Shown here: piece by piece, positions 20,571-30,418 of the stretch | Layout of the letters: every line of letters begins with the position of its first letter | Numbering within the stretch: position 1 is the stretch's first letter | Assembly: GCA_965214705.1 (NCBI GenBank) | Contig: OZ243972.1 | Location: forward strand, 3,328,001-3,392,000 | Direction of reading: 5' to 3' | DNA: 64,000 nt | Source of the DNA: Alphaproteobacteria bacterium | GTDB lineage: Bacteria; Pseudomonadota; Alphaproteobacteria; UBA828 | The notes under the pieces: generated by a model | The model's input: only the letters and a program-made list of their open reading frames with translations | Databases searched by the model: none | What the model was told of the DNA's origin: nothing | Position numbers and translations under genes: made by a program

Positions 20571-22391
20571 ATGTCGGACCTGTCGGACGGCAATGGCAGC
20601 CAGACCGATCCTTTCCTCATGGCCGTGCTGTCGAGCCGGATCGAGGCGATTATCCGGGAAATGATCAACACGGTGACGAAGGCGAGCCGCTCCGCCGTGA
20701 TCAAGAATGCTCGAGACCTCTCCTGCGGCGTGCTGACCTATGATCACCGTCAACTTTGCGTCGAAGAAGGAATCCCGATCCACATTTCGGCGCTCGATTT
20801 GACCACGCGCGCCGTCACCGATCACTTCAGCGACGTTAAGGAGGGTGATGCCTTTCTCAACAACTGCTCCTACACGGGCGGCACCCATCACGCGGACATC
20901 ACGCTTGTCGTCCCCGTGTTTTGCGACGGAGAGCCCCTATTCTGGGCACTTGCACGCTCGCACCACGCCGACGTCGGCGCGCCCTTGCCGACGACCTATC
21001 TGCCTAACGCGGCGACGATCTACGAGGAGGGGCTGAACTTCCCTTGCATGCGCATCCAGGAGGATTTCGAGGACAAAGAAGACCTCATTCGCTTCTGCAT
21101 GTTCAACATCCGTTGCAACAACATTTGGTACGGCGACTACCGCGCCCAGGTTGGCGCGTGCCGGACCGGCGAGCGGCGGCTCAAGGATCTCGTGGCCAAG
21201 TACGGCAAGGAGACGATCAAGCAGTTCATCGAGGACTGGATGGCCTATGGCGAGCGCCGCATGGTGGCAGAAATCGAGAAGCTACCGGCCGGCACGTGGC
21301 ATTACGAGACGCGCCACGACGAGATCCCAGGTATCTCGCCGGAGGATGGCATCCCGGTTCGGGTCTCCATGTCGGTCGATCCCGACGAAGGCTTCATCAC
21401 GGTCGACGTGCGCGACAACATCGATAACGTTCCGGGTGGAGTGAATCTGTCCGAAGCCTGCGCGGTGGGCTCCTGCCGGATCGGCGTCTACTTCAATCTC
21501 GATCCCTCCCTGCCTCACAATGCCGGGACCGATCGGCGCATCCGCGTGCTGCTGCGCGACGGCGCCGTGGTCGGGCGGCCGACGTATCCTGCCGGCACGT
21601 CCATCGCGACGACCAACGTGAACGAGCGTCTGGTGAACGCGGTTCAGGCCTGCTTCGCGCAGATGGGCGAGCCCTACGGGCTTGCCGAAGGTGCAGTGCA
21701 GCAGCAGGCAGGCGAATCCATGATCTCGGGCGTCGACTCGCTCAACGGCGGCGAGCCCTACGTGAATCAGCTCTTCATCGGCTATGGCGGAGGCCCCGCC
21801 AAGCACGGCACCGATGGCTGGCTCACCTATCTCGGCCCGGTCAACGCAGGCACGATCGTGCTCGACAGCATCGAGATCGACGAAGGCATGTACCCGTTCA
21901 TCGTGGAAACTCGGAAGGTGGCGGTCGACAGCTTGGGGCCCGGCAAATGGAACGGTGCCCCCGGCATGACCGGCACGTTCTGGCCGCTCGCCGACGAGAT
22001 GCTCGTGATCTATTGCAGCGACGGCTGCGTCAATCCGCCAAAGGGCGTTCTGGGCGGCGGCACCGGCGGTGCGGCGCGCAACATGAAGCGGCTGAAGGGC
22101 GGCGAGACGGTCGACCTCCCCGGCTTCCATGAAGAGCTCGTCCAGCCCGGCGAGGCGATCATCTTCGTCAACAATGGTGGCGGTGGTTATGGCGAGCCTA
22201 CGGAGCGGGAGCCGGCGTTGGTCGCCCGCGACGTGAACCGTGGCTGGCTTAGCCTGGAGCGCGCGCAGGCGGTCTATCGCGTGGCACTGGTGATGGCCGA
22301 GAACGGCCTCGAGTACGAGGTCGATCAGATGGGCACCGCAGCGCTCAGGGACGCGGCCGCCGGCACCACATCCGATGCGATAGACGCATGA
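20571..22391 (+). CDS. Hydantoinase B/oxoprolinase family protein
   Basis: ARDLSCG, PIH, GGTHHAD, HHADVG, IYEEG, GGGGYG. Confidence 0.92.
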   Translation: MSDLSDGNGSQTDPFLMAVLSSRIEAIIREMINTVTKASRSAVIKNARDLSCGVLTYDHRQLCVEEGIPIHISALDLTTRAVTDHFSDVKEGDAFLNNCSYTGGTHHADITLVVPVFCDGEPLFWALARSHHADVGAPLPTTYLPNAATIYEEGLNFPCMRIQEDFEDKEDLIRFCMFNIRCNNIWYGDYRAQVGACRTGERRLKDLVAKYGKETIKQFIEDWMAYGERRMVAEIEKLPAGTWHYETRHDEIPGISPEDGIPVRVSMSVDPDEGFITVDVRDNIDNVPGGVNLSEACAVGSCRIGVYFNLDPSLPHNAGTDRRIRVLLRDGAVVGRPTYPAGTSIATTNVNERLVNAVQACFAQMGEPYGLAEGAVQQQAGESMISGVDSLNGGEPYVNQLFIGYGGGPAKHGTDGWLTYLGPVNAGTIVLDSIEIDEGMYPFIVETRKVAVDSLGPGKWNGAPGMTGTFWPLADEMLVIYCSDGCVNPPKGVLGGGTGGAARNMKRLKGGETVDLPGFHEELVQPGEAIIFVNNGGGGYGEPTEREPALVARDVNRGWLSLERAQAVYRVALVMAENGLEYEVDQMGTAALRDAAAGTTSDAIDA

Positions 22392-24463
22392 GCTTCAACG
22401 TCTGTATCGACATCGGCGGCACATTCACCGACTGCGTCGTCTCCGCGCCGGACGGCGAGGCGCACATTTTCAAGGCGCCCTCGACGCCGGATGCCTTCGA
22501 GCAGGGATTCATGACGTCACTGGCGCTCGCCGCCGAGCACTACGGGCTCGGCCTGGAGGCCTTTCTCGAGCAGGTCGACGGCATCGTTCACGGCACGACC
22601 GTCTCCACTAACGCGCTCATCGTCGCCAAGGTGGGCCGAGCAGGCATCATCGTGAACGAAGGCCACCCGCACGTTCTCCTGCTGCGCGAGGGGCCGCGCA
22701 AGCGCTCGTTCGACTGGTCGACCGATTTCCCCGAACCCTTCGTGCCGACGTTTCTGACGCGTGAGGTCGGTGGGCGCATGGATGCACGCGGGCGCGAGAT
22801 CGTTCCGCTCGTGGAGGACGACGTCTCTGCTGCGGTCGCGCATTTCCGGAAGGTCGGTGCGGAGGCGATCGCCGTCTCCCTCCTCTGGTCGATGGTCAAC
22901 GGCGACCACGAGCGGCGCATTCGCGAGATCATCCATGCTGAGTGGCCCGAGGTCTCAGTCACACTCGGCCACGAGCTCAACCCAATCCAGCGCGAGTATC
23001 GGCGCGCGATCTCGACGGCGATCAACGCGTCGCTCCATCCGGTCGTGAGCGCCTACGTGGCCGCGCTGAGCAGCGCCTTGCGGCGTGCAGGTTACGCCCG
23101 TGAACTCCTCATCGCCAACTGTATCGGCGGGATGATGCCGCCGGAGGAGATCATCGACAAACCGATCTTCTCGGTGATGTCCGGGCCGACGCTGGCGCCC
23201 ATCGCCGCCCAGCGACTGACCAACGAGGCGGACGTGATCGTCGTCGATATGGGTGGCACCACCTTCGATGTCTCAGCGGTGCGCGGCGGCCAGCTCGTCG
23301 TCACGCCGGAATCCACCATCGGCGCCGACTTGCTCGGTATCCCAAAGGTCGACGTGCGCTCGATCGGCGCCGGAGGCGGCAGCATCGCCTGGGTCGATGC
23401 CGGTGGGCTTCTGCATGTGGGGCCGCAGAGCGCCGGAGCGAAGCCCGGCCCCGCGTGCTATGGCCAGGGTGGTGCCGAGCCCACCGTGACCGACGCCAAC
23501 GTGGTGCTGGGCCTGGTCAATCCCGACAACTTCCTGGGCGGGCGCATGCCGCTCGATCGGGCGGGGGCAGAGGGCGCGGTCTCGGCCATCGCCCAGGCGC
23601 TGGGGATCGATGCGATTGAGGCGGCCTACGCGATCCATACCTCCTGCACCCACAACATGGTCGGTGCGATCGAGAACATCACAGTCAACGAGGGTATTGA
23701 CCCGCGCGAGAGCTACCTCGTCTGCGGCGGCGGCGCGACACCGAGCCATATCGCGGAGATTGCCGCCGTGCTCGGAATTCGTCGCTTTCTCGTGCCAAGG
23801 CTCGCGGCGGGCCTGAGCGCCTTCGGCGGGCTGGTCTCCGATATTCGCTTCGACGAGCTCGCGACACACCAGACCGACGCGCGCGCCTTCGATTTCGCGG
23901 GCGTCAATGCGGTCCTGGCAGAACTTCGTGCGCGCGGCCAAGCCTTCCTGGATCGCGCTGGCGTGCCGGTGGAGCAACGCCGTCTCGACTATGCCTTCAT
24001 GGGGCGCTACCGCTATCAGTCATGGGATATCGAGGTGCCCATCGCACTCGATGGCGAGGCCATCCGCGAAGAGGACCTGCCCTCGCTTCTGCAGGCCTTC
24101 CACGACATGCACGAGCGGATTTATTCGATCAAGGACGAGCGCGACACCGTCGAGTTCATCACCTGGAAAGTCTCGGCGACCGGCCTCAACACCATTGGCT
24201 CAGACTCGGCTGGGCGGCCCGTGGCCGGCACAGCGGCCGGGGTGGAGGCGACGGAGACGCGGCGGGTCTACGTCCACGAGGCGGGCGGGATCGTCGATCT
24301 GCCGATCTACGACGGACCCGCGCTGCCCGTGGGCGCCAGCCTGTCTGGCCCCTGTATCGTTGAGGAGGAGACCACCAGCCTTTTCCTATTGCCCGGGATG
24401 ACGGCGACGACGACGCCTGCGGACGCATACGCGGTAATGACCGGTGAGGCATCGGTTGGCTGA
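22388..24463 (+). CDS. Hydantoinase A/oxoprolinase family protein
   Basis: DIGGTFTD, HGTTVSTN, DMGGTTFD, GAGGGS, SAGAKPGPACY; ATGA overlap with the B subunit. Confidence 0.92.
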   Translation: MSFNVCIDIGGTFTDCVVSAPDGEAHIFKAPSTPDAFEQGFMTSLALAAEHYGLGLEAFLEQVDGIVHGTTVSTNALIVAKVGRAGIIVNEGHPHVLLLREGPRKRSFDWSTDFPEPFVPTFLTREVGGRMDARGREIVPLVEDDVSAAVAHFRKVGAEAIAVSLLWSMVNGDHERRIREIIHAEWPEVSVTLGHELNPIQREYRRAISTAINASLHPVVSAYVAALSSALRRAGYARELLIANCIGGMMPPEEIIDKPIFSVMSGPTLAPIAAQRLTNEADVIVVDMGGTTFDVSAVRGGQLVVTPESTIGADLLGIPKVDVRSIGAGGGSIAWVDAGGLLHVGPQSAGAKPGPACYGQGGAEPTVTDANVVLGLVNPDNFLGGRMPLDRAGAEGAVSAIAQALGIDAIEAAYAIHTSCTHNMVGAIENITVNEGIDPRESYLVCGGGATPSHIAEIAAVLGIRRFLVPRLAAGLSAFGGLVSDIRFDELATHQTDARAFDFAGVNAVLAELRARGQAFLDRAGVPVEQRRLDYAFMGRYRYQSWDIEVPIALDGEAIREEDLPSLLQAFHDMHERIYSIKDERDTVEFITWKVSATGLNTIGSDSAGRPVAGTAAGVEATETRRVYVHEAGGIVDLPIYDGPALPVGASLSGPCIVEEETTSLFLLPGMTATTTPADAYAVMTGEASVG

Positions 24464-25472
24464 ATCCACGACAGGCAACGCAGACCGGGAACCGGCGCAA
24501 GGAGAGCCACCAACCTCCCAAGCCGTGGAGCAGCGGGCAACACGCACGTGGCTTGGCTGCGACTTGACGCCGGCCGACTGGCGCGTGCCGATCCCTCCCG
24601 CGGTGGTAGAAGAACTCGGAGCCGCGATGGAGCAACCCGACTCCGTGCGCGTGGCGGCCGAGCGCCTGACGCCGGACATGTTCTCGGTAGATGAATGCCG
24701 CGCGCTCATGCTCCGCGTGCGAGAGACTGTCGATACCGGCATCGGCTTCGCGGTGCTCGACAGCCTTCCGCTCGAGAGCTGGACGCTCGAGCAGGCGTCG
24801 CGCGCGTTCTGGCTGCTCGGCTCGCTCGCCGGGAGGCCAGTGGAACAGAGCACCGACGGCCGCAAGCTCTACGAGGTGCGCGACACGGGGCGGCCGCCCG
24901 GAGGCCGCGTGCGCCGCGACAGCACCCGTGTCGCCGTCCCCTTCCATACGGACAACAACTACAACGCGGCGCCGCCCGAGGTCTTCGCGCTGCTTTCGGT
25001 GCGGCCGGGCGTGAGCGGTGGCGAGAGCGCCGTCCTGAGCTTCTACGCGGTGCACGAAGCGCTAGAGCAGCGCGACCCGACGGCGTTGGCTCGCCTCCAC
25101 GAGCCGTATTGCTTCGACCGGCAACAGGAGCATGGGCCGGACGAGTCGCCCTTCTTTACCGCTCCGGTGTTTGCCTGGCACGGCACGCTCCGCGTGCGCT
25201 ACTCGGACGCCCTGATCCCGCGCGGCTATGCGCTGGCGGGCAAGGCGCTCGATGACGCCGGCCAAAGAGCGCTCGACTCCCTCGCCGAGGTTCTTGCCGA
25301 GCCCGCGCTTGCCGTCCATTTCGACCTCACGCCGGGGCAGATCCTTATCCTCAACAACGCGTTCATCGGCCATGCGCGCACGGCCTTCACCGATCATGAC
25401 GATCCGGCCAAGCGACGCCTGATGCTGCGGCTCTGGCTGCGAGACGAGGGCAGCCCTCTCTACGCCGGCTAG
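24456..25472 (+). CDS. TauD/TfdA-family Fe(II)/2-oxoglutarate dioxygenase
   Basis: FHTD HxD motif, GGES, NN..GHARTAF, RLMLRLW; start approximate. Confidence 0.85.
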   Translation: MAESTTGNADREPAQGEPPTSQAVEQRATRTWLGCDLTPADWRVPIPPAVVEELGAAMEQPDSVRVAAERLTPDMFSVDECRALMLRVRETVDTGIGFAVLDSLPLESWTLEQASRAFWLLGSLAGRPVEQSTDGRKLYEVRDTGRPPGGRVRRDSTRVAVPFHTDNNYNAAPPEVFALLSVRPGVSGGESAVLSFYAVHEALEQRDPTALARLHEPYCFDRQQEHGPDESPFFTAPVFAWHGTLRVRYSDALIPRGYALAGKALDDAGQRALDSLAEVLAEPALAVHFDLTPGQILILNNAFIGHARTAFTDHDDPAKRRLMLRLWLRDEGSPLYAG

Positions 25473-25484
25473 CCGCTGTCGACG

Positions 25485-26306
25485 ATGGAAAGCCGTCCGC
25501 GGGGACCGGACACCATGCAACGAAGCGACCAGGATCGCGGCCTCAATCTCTCGCGCTCCGTCGCCAAGGCGCTCGCGGTCCTCGAGTTCGTCGGGCTGAA
25601 CGGCGAGTCCGGCCTCGCGCAGATCGCGGCCGCGACGAAGCTGCCCAAGTCGACGCTGCACCGGCTGATCAACACGCTCGTCGAGGAAGGGTTCCTGCGG
25701 AGGACCGCCTACGGGCAGTACCGCGTCACCGTGAAGCTTTGGCGCATCGGGGCGAGCGCCGTCGACTACGAGTCGGTGCGGGAGTCCGCGCGTGACGTGC
25801 TCGAAGGGCTGGTGCACGCCACCTCGGAGACCGCGCACTATGCCGTCTACGAAGGCGGCTGGGCGGTCTATGTCGAGAAGATCGACGGCGTGCACCCGAT
25901 CCGCGCCTACACGACCGTCGGCGGGCGTTCGCCCGCCTATGCCAGTGCCACCGGGAAGGCGCTTCTGGCTTGGCGCGGGCCGGCAGAGATCGCTGATGTC
26001 GGCGAGAGCGCCGAGCGCTTCACGTCGACGACCCACGTCGGCGCGGAACCACTGCTCGCGCAAGCGGAAGCCATTCGTCGGACGGGCATCGCAATCAATC
26101 GAGGCGAGTGGCGGGCCGACGTCTGGGGCGTGGGCGCCCCAGTCTTCGGCCCGGCGGGCGATGTCGTGGCGGCCATCGGCGTCTCCGGCCCGGCGGCACG
26201 CGTCGAGACCAACCTGGAGCGTTATGTGGCGGCGGTGCGCGAGGCGGCGCAGCGGTTGTCGTCGCTCGACAGCCCTGCCGGGCATATGGCGGAGCGGCGC
26301 GGGTGA
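25485..26306 (+). CDS. IclR family transcriptional regulator
   Basis: SVAKALAVLE, LPKSTLHRL HTH, SATGKALLA. Confidence 0.92.
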   Translation: MESRPRGPDTMQRSDQDRGLNLSRSVAKALAVLEFVGLNGESGLAQIAAATKLPKSTLHRLINTLVEEGFLRRTAYGQYRVTVKLWRIGASAVDYESVRESARDVLEGLVHATSETAHYAVYEGGWAVYVEKIDGVHPIRAYTTVGGRSPAYASATGKALLAWRGPAEIADVGESAERFTSTTHVGAEPLLAQAEAIRRTGIAINRGEWRADVWGVGAPVFGPAGDVVAAIGVSGPAARVETNLERYVAAVREAAQRLSSLDSPAGHMAERRG

Positions 26307-27496
26307 GCGCCCAGCCGCTCAAGGACATCCGGGTTCTCGAATTCGGCCAATTCGTCGCGGCCCCCTACGCGGCCGAGGTCCTGGCTGACCTCGGCGCCGA
26401 GGTGATCAAGGTCGAGCATCCCGATGGCGACGGCATTCGCGGCTGGGGTCCTCATCCGGGTGGCGAGAGCGCCCCCTACATGGCGTTCAATCGGGCCAAG
26501 CGGAGCGTCGCAATCAATTTTCGCAGACCTCATGGCCAGGACATCATCCATCTCCTGTACGACCGCGCGGATGTCGTGATCGAGAACTACCGGCCGGGCG
26601 TGACCGACAAGTACGGCCTCGGACCCAAGGCCGCCCGCGCGCGCAATCCCCGCCTCGTCTACTGCTCGATCTCGGGTTTCGGTCAGCGGGGCGACGGGGC
26701 GGGGCGGCCCGCCTTCGACCTCATCCTGCAAGGCATCACGGGCATGATGGACATGACCGGCGAGGCCGGCCGCGCGCCGGCCAAGGTGCCCGTGCCCATT
26801 GCCGACGGAACTGCGGCCCTGCACGCGACGACGGCGATCCTCGCCGCGCTTCACGAGCGTGAGCGGAGTGGCGAGGGGGCCACCCTCGACGTCTCACTCC
26901 AGGCCTCGACGCTTACATGGATGATGCTCGTCGCCGCCGGCTATTTCGCCGATGGGCGCACACCGGCCCGCCTGGGTTCGGCCCATCCTCTGGCAGCGCC
27001 CTATCAGGCCTTCCGCACCCTCGACGGCTACATCACGATCGCGGCCGGCAACGACCGGCAATGGCAGAAGACCAGCGATGCGCTCGGCCTGGAGGCGGAT
27101 GGGGACCCGCGCTTTGCGAGCAGCAGCGACCGGGCCCGCAATCAGGAAGAGCTCCGCCGCCTCGTCGAGGAGCGGCTCACGACCCGCCCGAGCGCAGCGT
27201 GGCTGCAGGCTCTCAACGAGGCCGGCGTGCCATGCGGTCCGATTCACGGCCTTGCCGAGGCTCTGGAGGATCCCTCCGTGGTGACGCGTGGCCTCGTTGG
27301 TGAGTTCACCCATCCCAAGGCGGGCCGCGTGCGGACCATCGGCAATCCCATCGCCTTCGAGGAGCCCAACCCGCCGCCGGTCCGCTCGCCATTACTCGGC
27401 GAGCACACGGTGGAGGTGCTGGCCGAGCTCGGCTTTGCCCAAGTTGGCACTTTTTCCGACCAGCCGAGCCTGTTCGAGCCAGTTTTGCGGCGCTGA
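26303..27496 (+). CDS. CaiB/BaiF family III CoA-transferase
   Basis: AAPYAAEVLADLGAEVIKVE, NRAKRS, ENYRPG, SGFG; GTGA overlap with IclR. Confidence 0.92.
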   Translation: MSAQPLKDIRVLEFGQFVAAPYAAEVLADLGAEVIKVEHPDGDGIRGWGPHPGGESAPYMAFNRAKRSVAINFRRPHGQDIIHLLYDRADVVIENYRPGVTDKYGLGPKAARARNPRLVYCSISGFGQRGDGAGRPAFDLILQGITGMMDMTGEAGRAPAKVPVPIADGTAALHATTAILAALHERERSGEGATLDVSLQASTLTWMMLVAAGYFADGRTPARLGSAHPLAAPYQAFRTLDGYITIAAGNDRQWQKTSDALGLEADGDPRFASSSDRARNQEELRRLVEERLTTRPSAAWLQALNEAGVPCGPIHGLAEALEDPSVVTRGLVGEFTHPKAGRVRTIGNPIAFEEPNPPPVRSPLLGEHTVEVLAELGFAQVGTFSDQPSLFEPVLRR

Positions 27497-27660
27497 ACCA
27501 CTAGATGTTGGGGTTGGAGGACACCTGAGACCCACATTTGCCATTCGTGGTCCTGGAAGCCAATTGTGGGGCCAGGACTTTGGAGTTGAGTCGATATCCC
27601 TCTTGCCAGATGCCGCGAACGCCGTGTATGCGAAACAGGCATCGCAGAAACGGCGCCGCC

Positions 27661-27696
27661 ATGTACATCAAGGCAACCAGGACACACACCGACAAG
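27661..27696 (+). pseudogene. First 12 codons of an IS1634 transposase, split by the integrative element
   Basis: MYIKATRTHTDK continues in frame at 63610 through the shared CACACCGACAAG. Confidence 0.72.
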
Positions 27697-27817
27697 CGCA
27701 CCTTCGGTTCTAATGTACTGACATAGCGTTGCTTTTCCCTCCTGTTCTTGGCCGACAAGGGCGAATTCGATCGCCGTTTTCGCCCCGGCTGCAACAGGAA
27801 GTGCAGGAGGAGAATCC

Positions 27818-28939
27818 ATGGCAACGCTTCGTCTCCACCAAGGCCGCGTCGATGCGCTCAAGCCTCGTAAGTCTGCATACGACATCCGAGACCGGGAACT
27901 CAAGGGCTTCGGCGTCAGGGTTCTGCCCTCGGGCGCCAGGCGCTACTTCATCCATAGCCAGCACGATGGCCGACGGGTCTGGAAGATGCTCGGCAAGGGC
28001 GAGGCCATCGGCGTGGACGAGGCCCGCGAACGGGCCCAGGCCATACTGGCCTCAATACGGGCTGGAAACGACGACGAGACTGCGGCGGTGCCTGACACCC
28101 CGTTCGAGACAGTCGCCGACGAAGTCTTCCGCCGCTACGCCCGGAACTGGAAGCCGTCGACGCTCAAGGTCAACCAGGGCTACTACCGCAAGCAGATCCT
28201 GCCTTGGTTCGAGGGACGTCCGATCACCGGCATCACCGCCCGCGACGTTCAGCAGTGGTTCGCATCTCTCCACGAGACCCCCGTAGCTGCGGACCGCTCG
28301 GCCCCCGTCCTGTCCGTCATCATGCGCCAGGCCGAGGTCTACGGCTACCGGCCCGAGGGGACAAACCCTTGCGCGGGCATCAAGCGATACCGGCGCCAGG
28401 GGCGCGAGCGCTTCCTCTCGACGGCCGAAGTCAGCCGGCTGGGCTCGGTGCTGGCGAGCCATGAGGCGGGCCACCCGCAGGCTGTGGCGATCATTCGGCT
28501 GCTGCTGCTCACCGGATGCCGCAAGGGCGAGATCGTATCCTTGAAGTGGCGCGACTACCGCGAGGGCAAGCTGTTCCTCCCCGATAGCAAGGTCGGGCCG
28601 CGCACGGTCTGGCTCTCCTCCCCCGCGCGCGCCATCCTCGACGGCCTGCCTCGCACTGCCGTCTGGGTCTTCCCCTCGCCAAGGAACGGCCTCCTGCATG
28701 CAGCGTCGGTTGGCAGCGTCTGGCATCGTGTGAGGGAAGAAGCTGACCTGCACGATGTCCGCCTTCACGATCTCCGACATACGCATGCCAGCATCGCGCT
28801 GGCGCAGGGCGAGACGGTGCTGACCATCGGCCGGCTTCTCGGACACCGCAATCCGGCGACGACGCTGAAGTACATCCACCTGTCCGACGCCATGGTGCGC
28901 GAGGCGGTGGACGTTGTCGGCGCAGCCCTCGAGGGTTGA
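27818..28939 (+). CDS. Tyrosine recombinase A (arm-binding domain plus catalytic domain)
   Basis: RDRELKGFGVRV, TGCRKGE, HDLRH, LGH, LKY. Confidence 0.93.
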   Translation: MATLRLHQGRVDALKPRKSAYDIRDRELKGFGVRVLPSGARRYFIHSQHDGRRVWKMLGKGEAIGVDEARERAQAILASIRAGNDDETAAVPDTPFETVADEVFRRYARNWKPSTLKVNQGYYRKQILPWFEGRPITGITARDVQQWFASLHETPVAADRSAPVLSVIMRQAEVYGYRPEGTNPCAGIKRYRRQGRERFLSTAEVSRLGSVLASHEAGHPQAVAIIRLLLLTGCRKGEIVSLKWRDYREGKLFLPDSKVGPRTVWLSSPARAILDGLPRTAVWVFPSPRNGLLHAASVGSVWHRVREEADLHDVRLHDLRHTHASIALAQGETVLTIGRLLGHRNPATTLKYIHLSDAMVREAVDVVGAALEG

Positions 28940-28942
28940 TCC

Positions 28943-30085
28943 GTGGCCGTGAAGAGGAGGCGTCTGACTGACGCAAGTATCGCGAAGCTGACGCCGGCGG
29001 CCCGCGAGTATACCGTTTGGGACACGCGCCATGCGGGTCTCGGCGTTCGGGTGCGGCCGTCGGGGCACCGGGGCTTCGTATACTGGCGGAAGGGCGAGGA
29101 CAGTGCGCGCAGGATCACGCTCGGGCCTGCGTCGTTGATGAAGATCGAGGAGGCGCGCAGCCAGTGCGTCTCCATCGAGAGCGGCGCACGATCCGGCCAG
29201 GCGCGGCGCGACAAGGTGCCCACCTTCGAGGAATTTGTCGCGGGTCCGGGGCGGACGTGTTTCGAGCGGGGCAAGCCGTCGACGCGGAAAGTCTTTGCCA
29301 GGATCGTCTCCGTGCGACTGCTGCCCGCCTTCGGCTCGTTGCCGCTGGACCGGATCACCCGCGCCGATGTGACCCGCTGGTTCGACGAATGCAGCCGGAC
29401 CACGCCGGGCGCGGCCAACAAGGCGTTGAACCTGCTCAGCCGGGTTCTCAATCATGCGATCGTCTGCGGCCATATCCAGGCGAACCCCGCGCGTGGCATC
29501 AAGCGGAACCCCGGTGCCAAGCTCACCCGCTTCTTGTCGCGCGAGGAAGTCCGCCGACTTCATCACGCCCTGGATCGCCACGATCACGCGCGGCCGTCGC
29601 GCGCGCGACAGGCGGACGTCATCCGTCTTCTCTTGCTCACCGGCTGCCGGAAGAGCGAAATCCTGACTCTGCGCTGGCAGGACGTGGACGGGGACACGCT
29701 CAATCTGATCGATGCGAAGACCGGGCCGCGGCGGGTTTTTCTGAACGTGCAGGCTCGTGCCATTCTGGAGCGCCAGTCGCGCTCGGAGAGCGCCTACGTC
29801 TTCCCTGCGCCGTCGAACCCCGGTCGTCCTCTTTCGCATCACCTACCGCTCTGGCATTCTGTGCGAAGGGAAGCCGGGATCGAGGATGTGCGGATTCACG
29901 ACCTCAGACACACGTTCGCCAGCCATGCAGTCCTGCGAGGCATCCCGCTGCCGGTCGTCTCCCGCCTGCTTGGCCACAAGAGACCAAGCATGACACTGCG
30001 TTATGCCCACGTGGGTGATCGGGAAACCGAGGCAGCGGCCGAACGCATCGGTGCGGCCATCGCGCGGGCGTTGAGTGATCGGTAA
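28943..30085 (+). CDS. Tyrosine recombinase B (C-terminal tip replaced by an IS66 end)
   Basis: WDTRHAGLGVRV, TGCRKSE, HDLRH, LGH, LRY; the stop codon lies within GTAAGCG. Confidence 0.92.
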   Translation: MAVKRRRLTDASIAKLTPAAREYTVWDTRHAGLGVRVRPSGHRGFVYWRKGEDSARRITLGPASLMKIEEARSQCVSIESGARSGQARRDKVPTFEEFVAGPGRTCFERGKPSTRKVFARIVSVRLLPAFGSLPLDRITRADVTRWFDECSRTTPGAANKALNLLSRVLNHAIVCGHIQANPARGIKRNPGAKLTRFLSREEVRRLHHALDRHDHARPSRARQADVIRLLLLTGCRKSEILTLRWQDVDGDTLNLIDAKTGPRRVFLNVQARAILERQSRSESAYVFPAPSNPGRPLSHHLPLWHSVRREAGIEDVRIHDLRHTFASHAVLRGIPLPVVSRLLGHKRPSMTLRYAHVGDRETEAAAERIGAAIARALSDR

Positions 30086-30142
30086 GCGGTACGCGGACAC
30101 CATACCGGAATCTGGGTTGACTACGACGGGGACTTGTTGAGG
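30082..30142. mobile_element. Isolated IS66-family end remnant
   Basis: 61 bp with about 5 mismatches to the IS66 end at 39028 (GTAAGCGGTACGC..CCGGAATCTGG..). Confidence 0.8.
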
Positions 30143-30199
30143 CCAGCGCCGCAACGGTTAAGTTTGCGCCGATTTCCGGGCATTTTCACGGAAACAAGA

Positions 30200-30411
30200 G
30201 GCTCATTTCGTGAAACGTAGGCATCCCAGACTGTCGCCAGCAGCGGGGTACGCTTGTTTCGCGCCGGCAGGGGTTGAACCAACAGCTTTTTCGGGGCTTT
30301 ATGAGGCTTCCCATGCGTCGATCCAGGCAACCGCAGAGAAAGGCACCCATAAGCTAACCGCCCGTTATTACTGGATTTTTCCGTTCATGCCTACATTTCA
30401 CGAAATGAGCC
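30200..30411. mobile_element. 212-bp MITE (GGC ends, 8-bp TSD; IS1595-like)
   Basis: 25-bp TIRs GGCTCATTTCGTGAAACGTAGGCAT / ATGCCTACATTTCACGAAATGAGCC (1 mismatch); flanks AAACAAGA / AAACAAAA. Confidence 0.82.
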
Positions 30412-30418
30412 AAACAAA

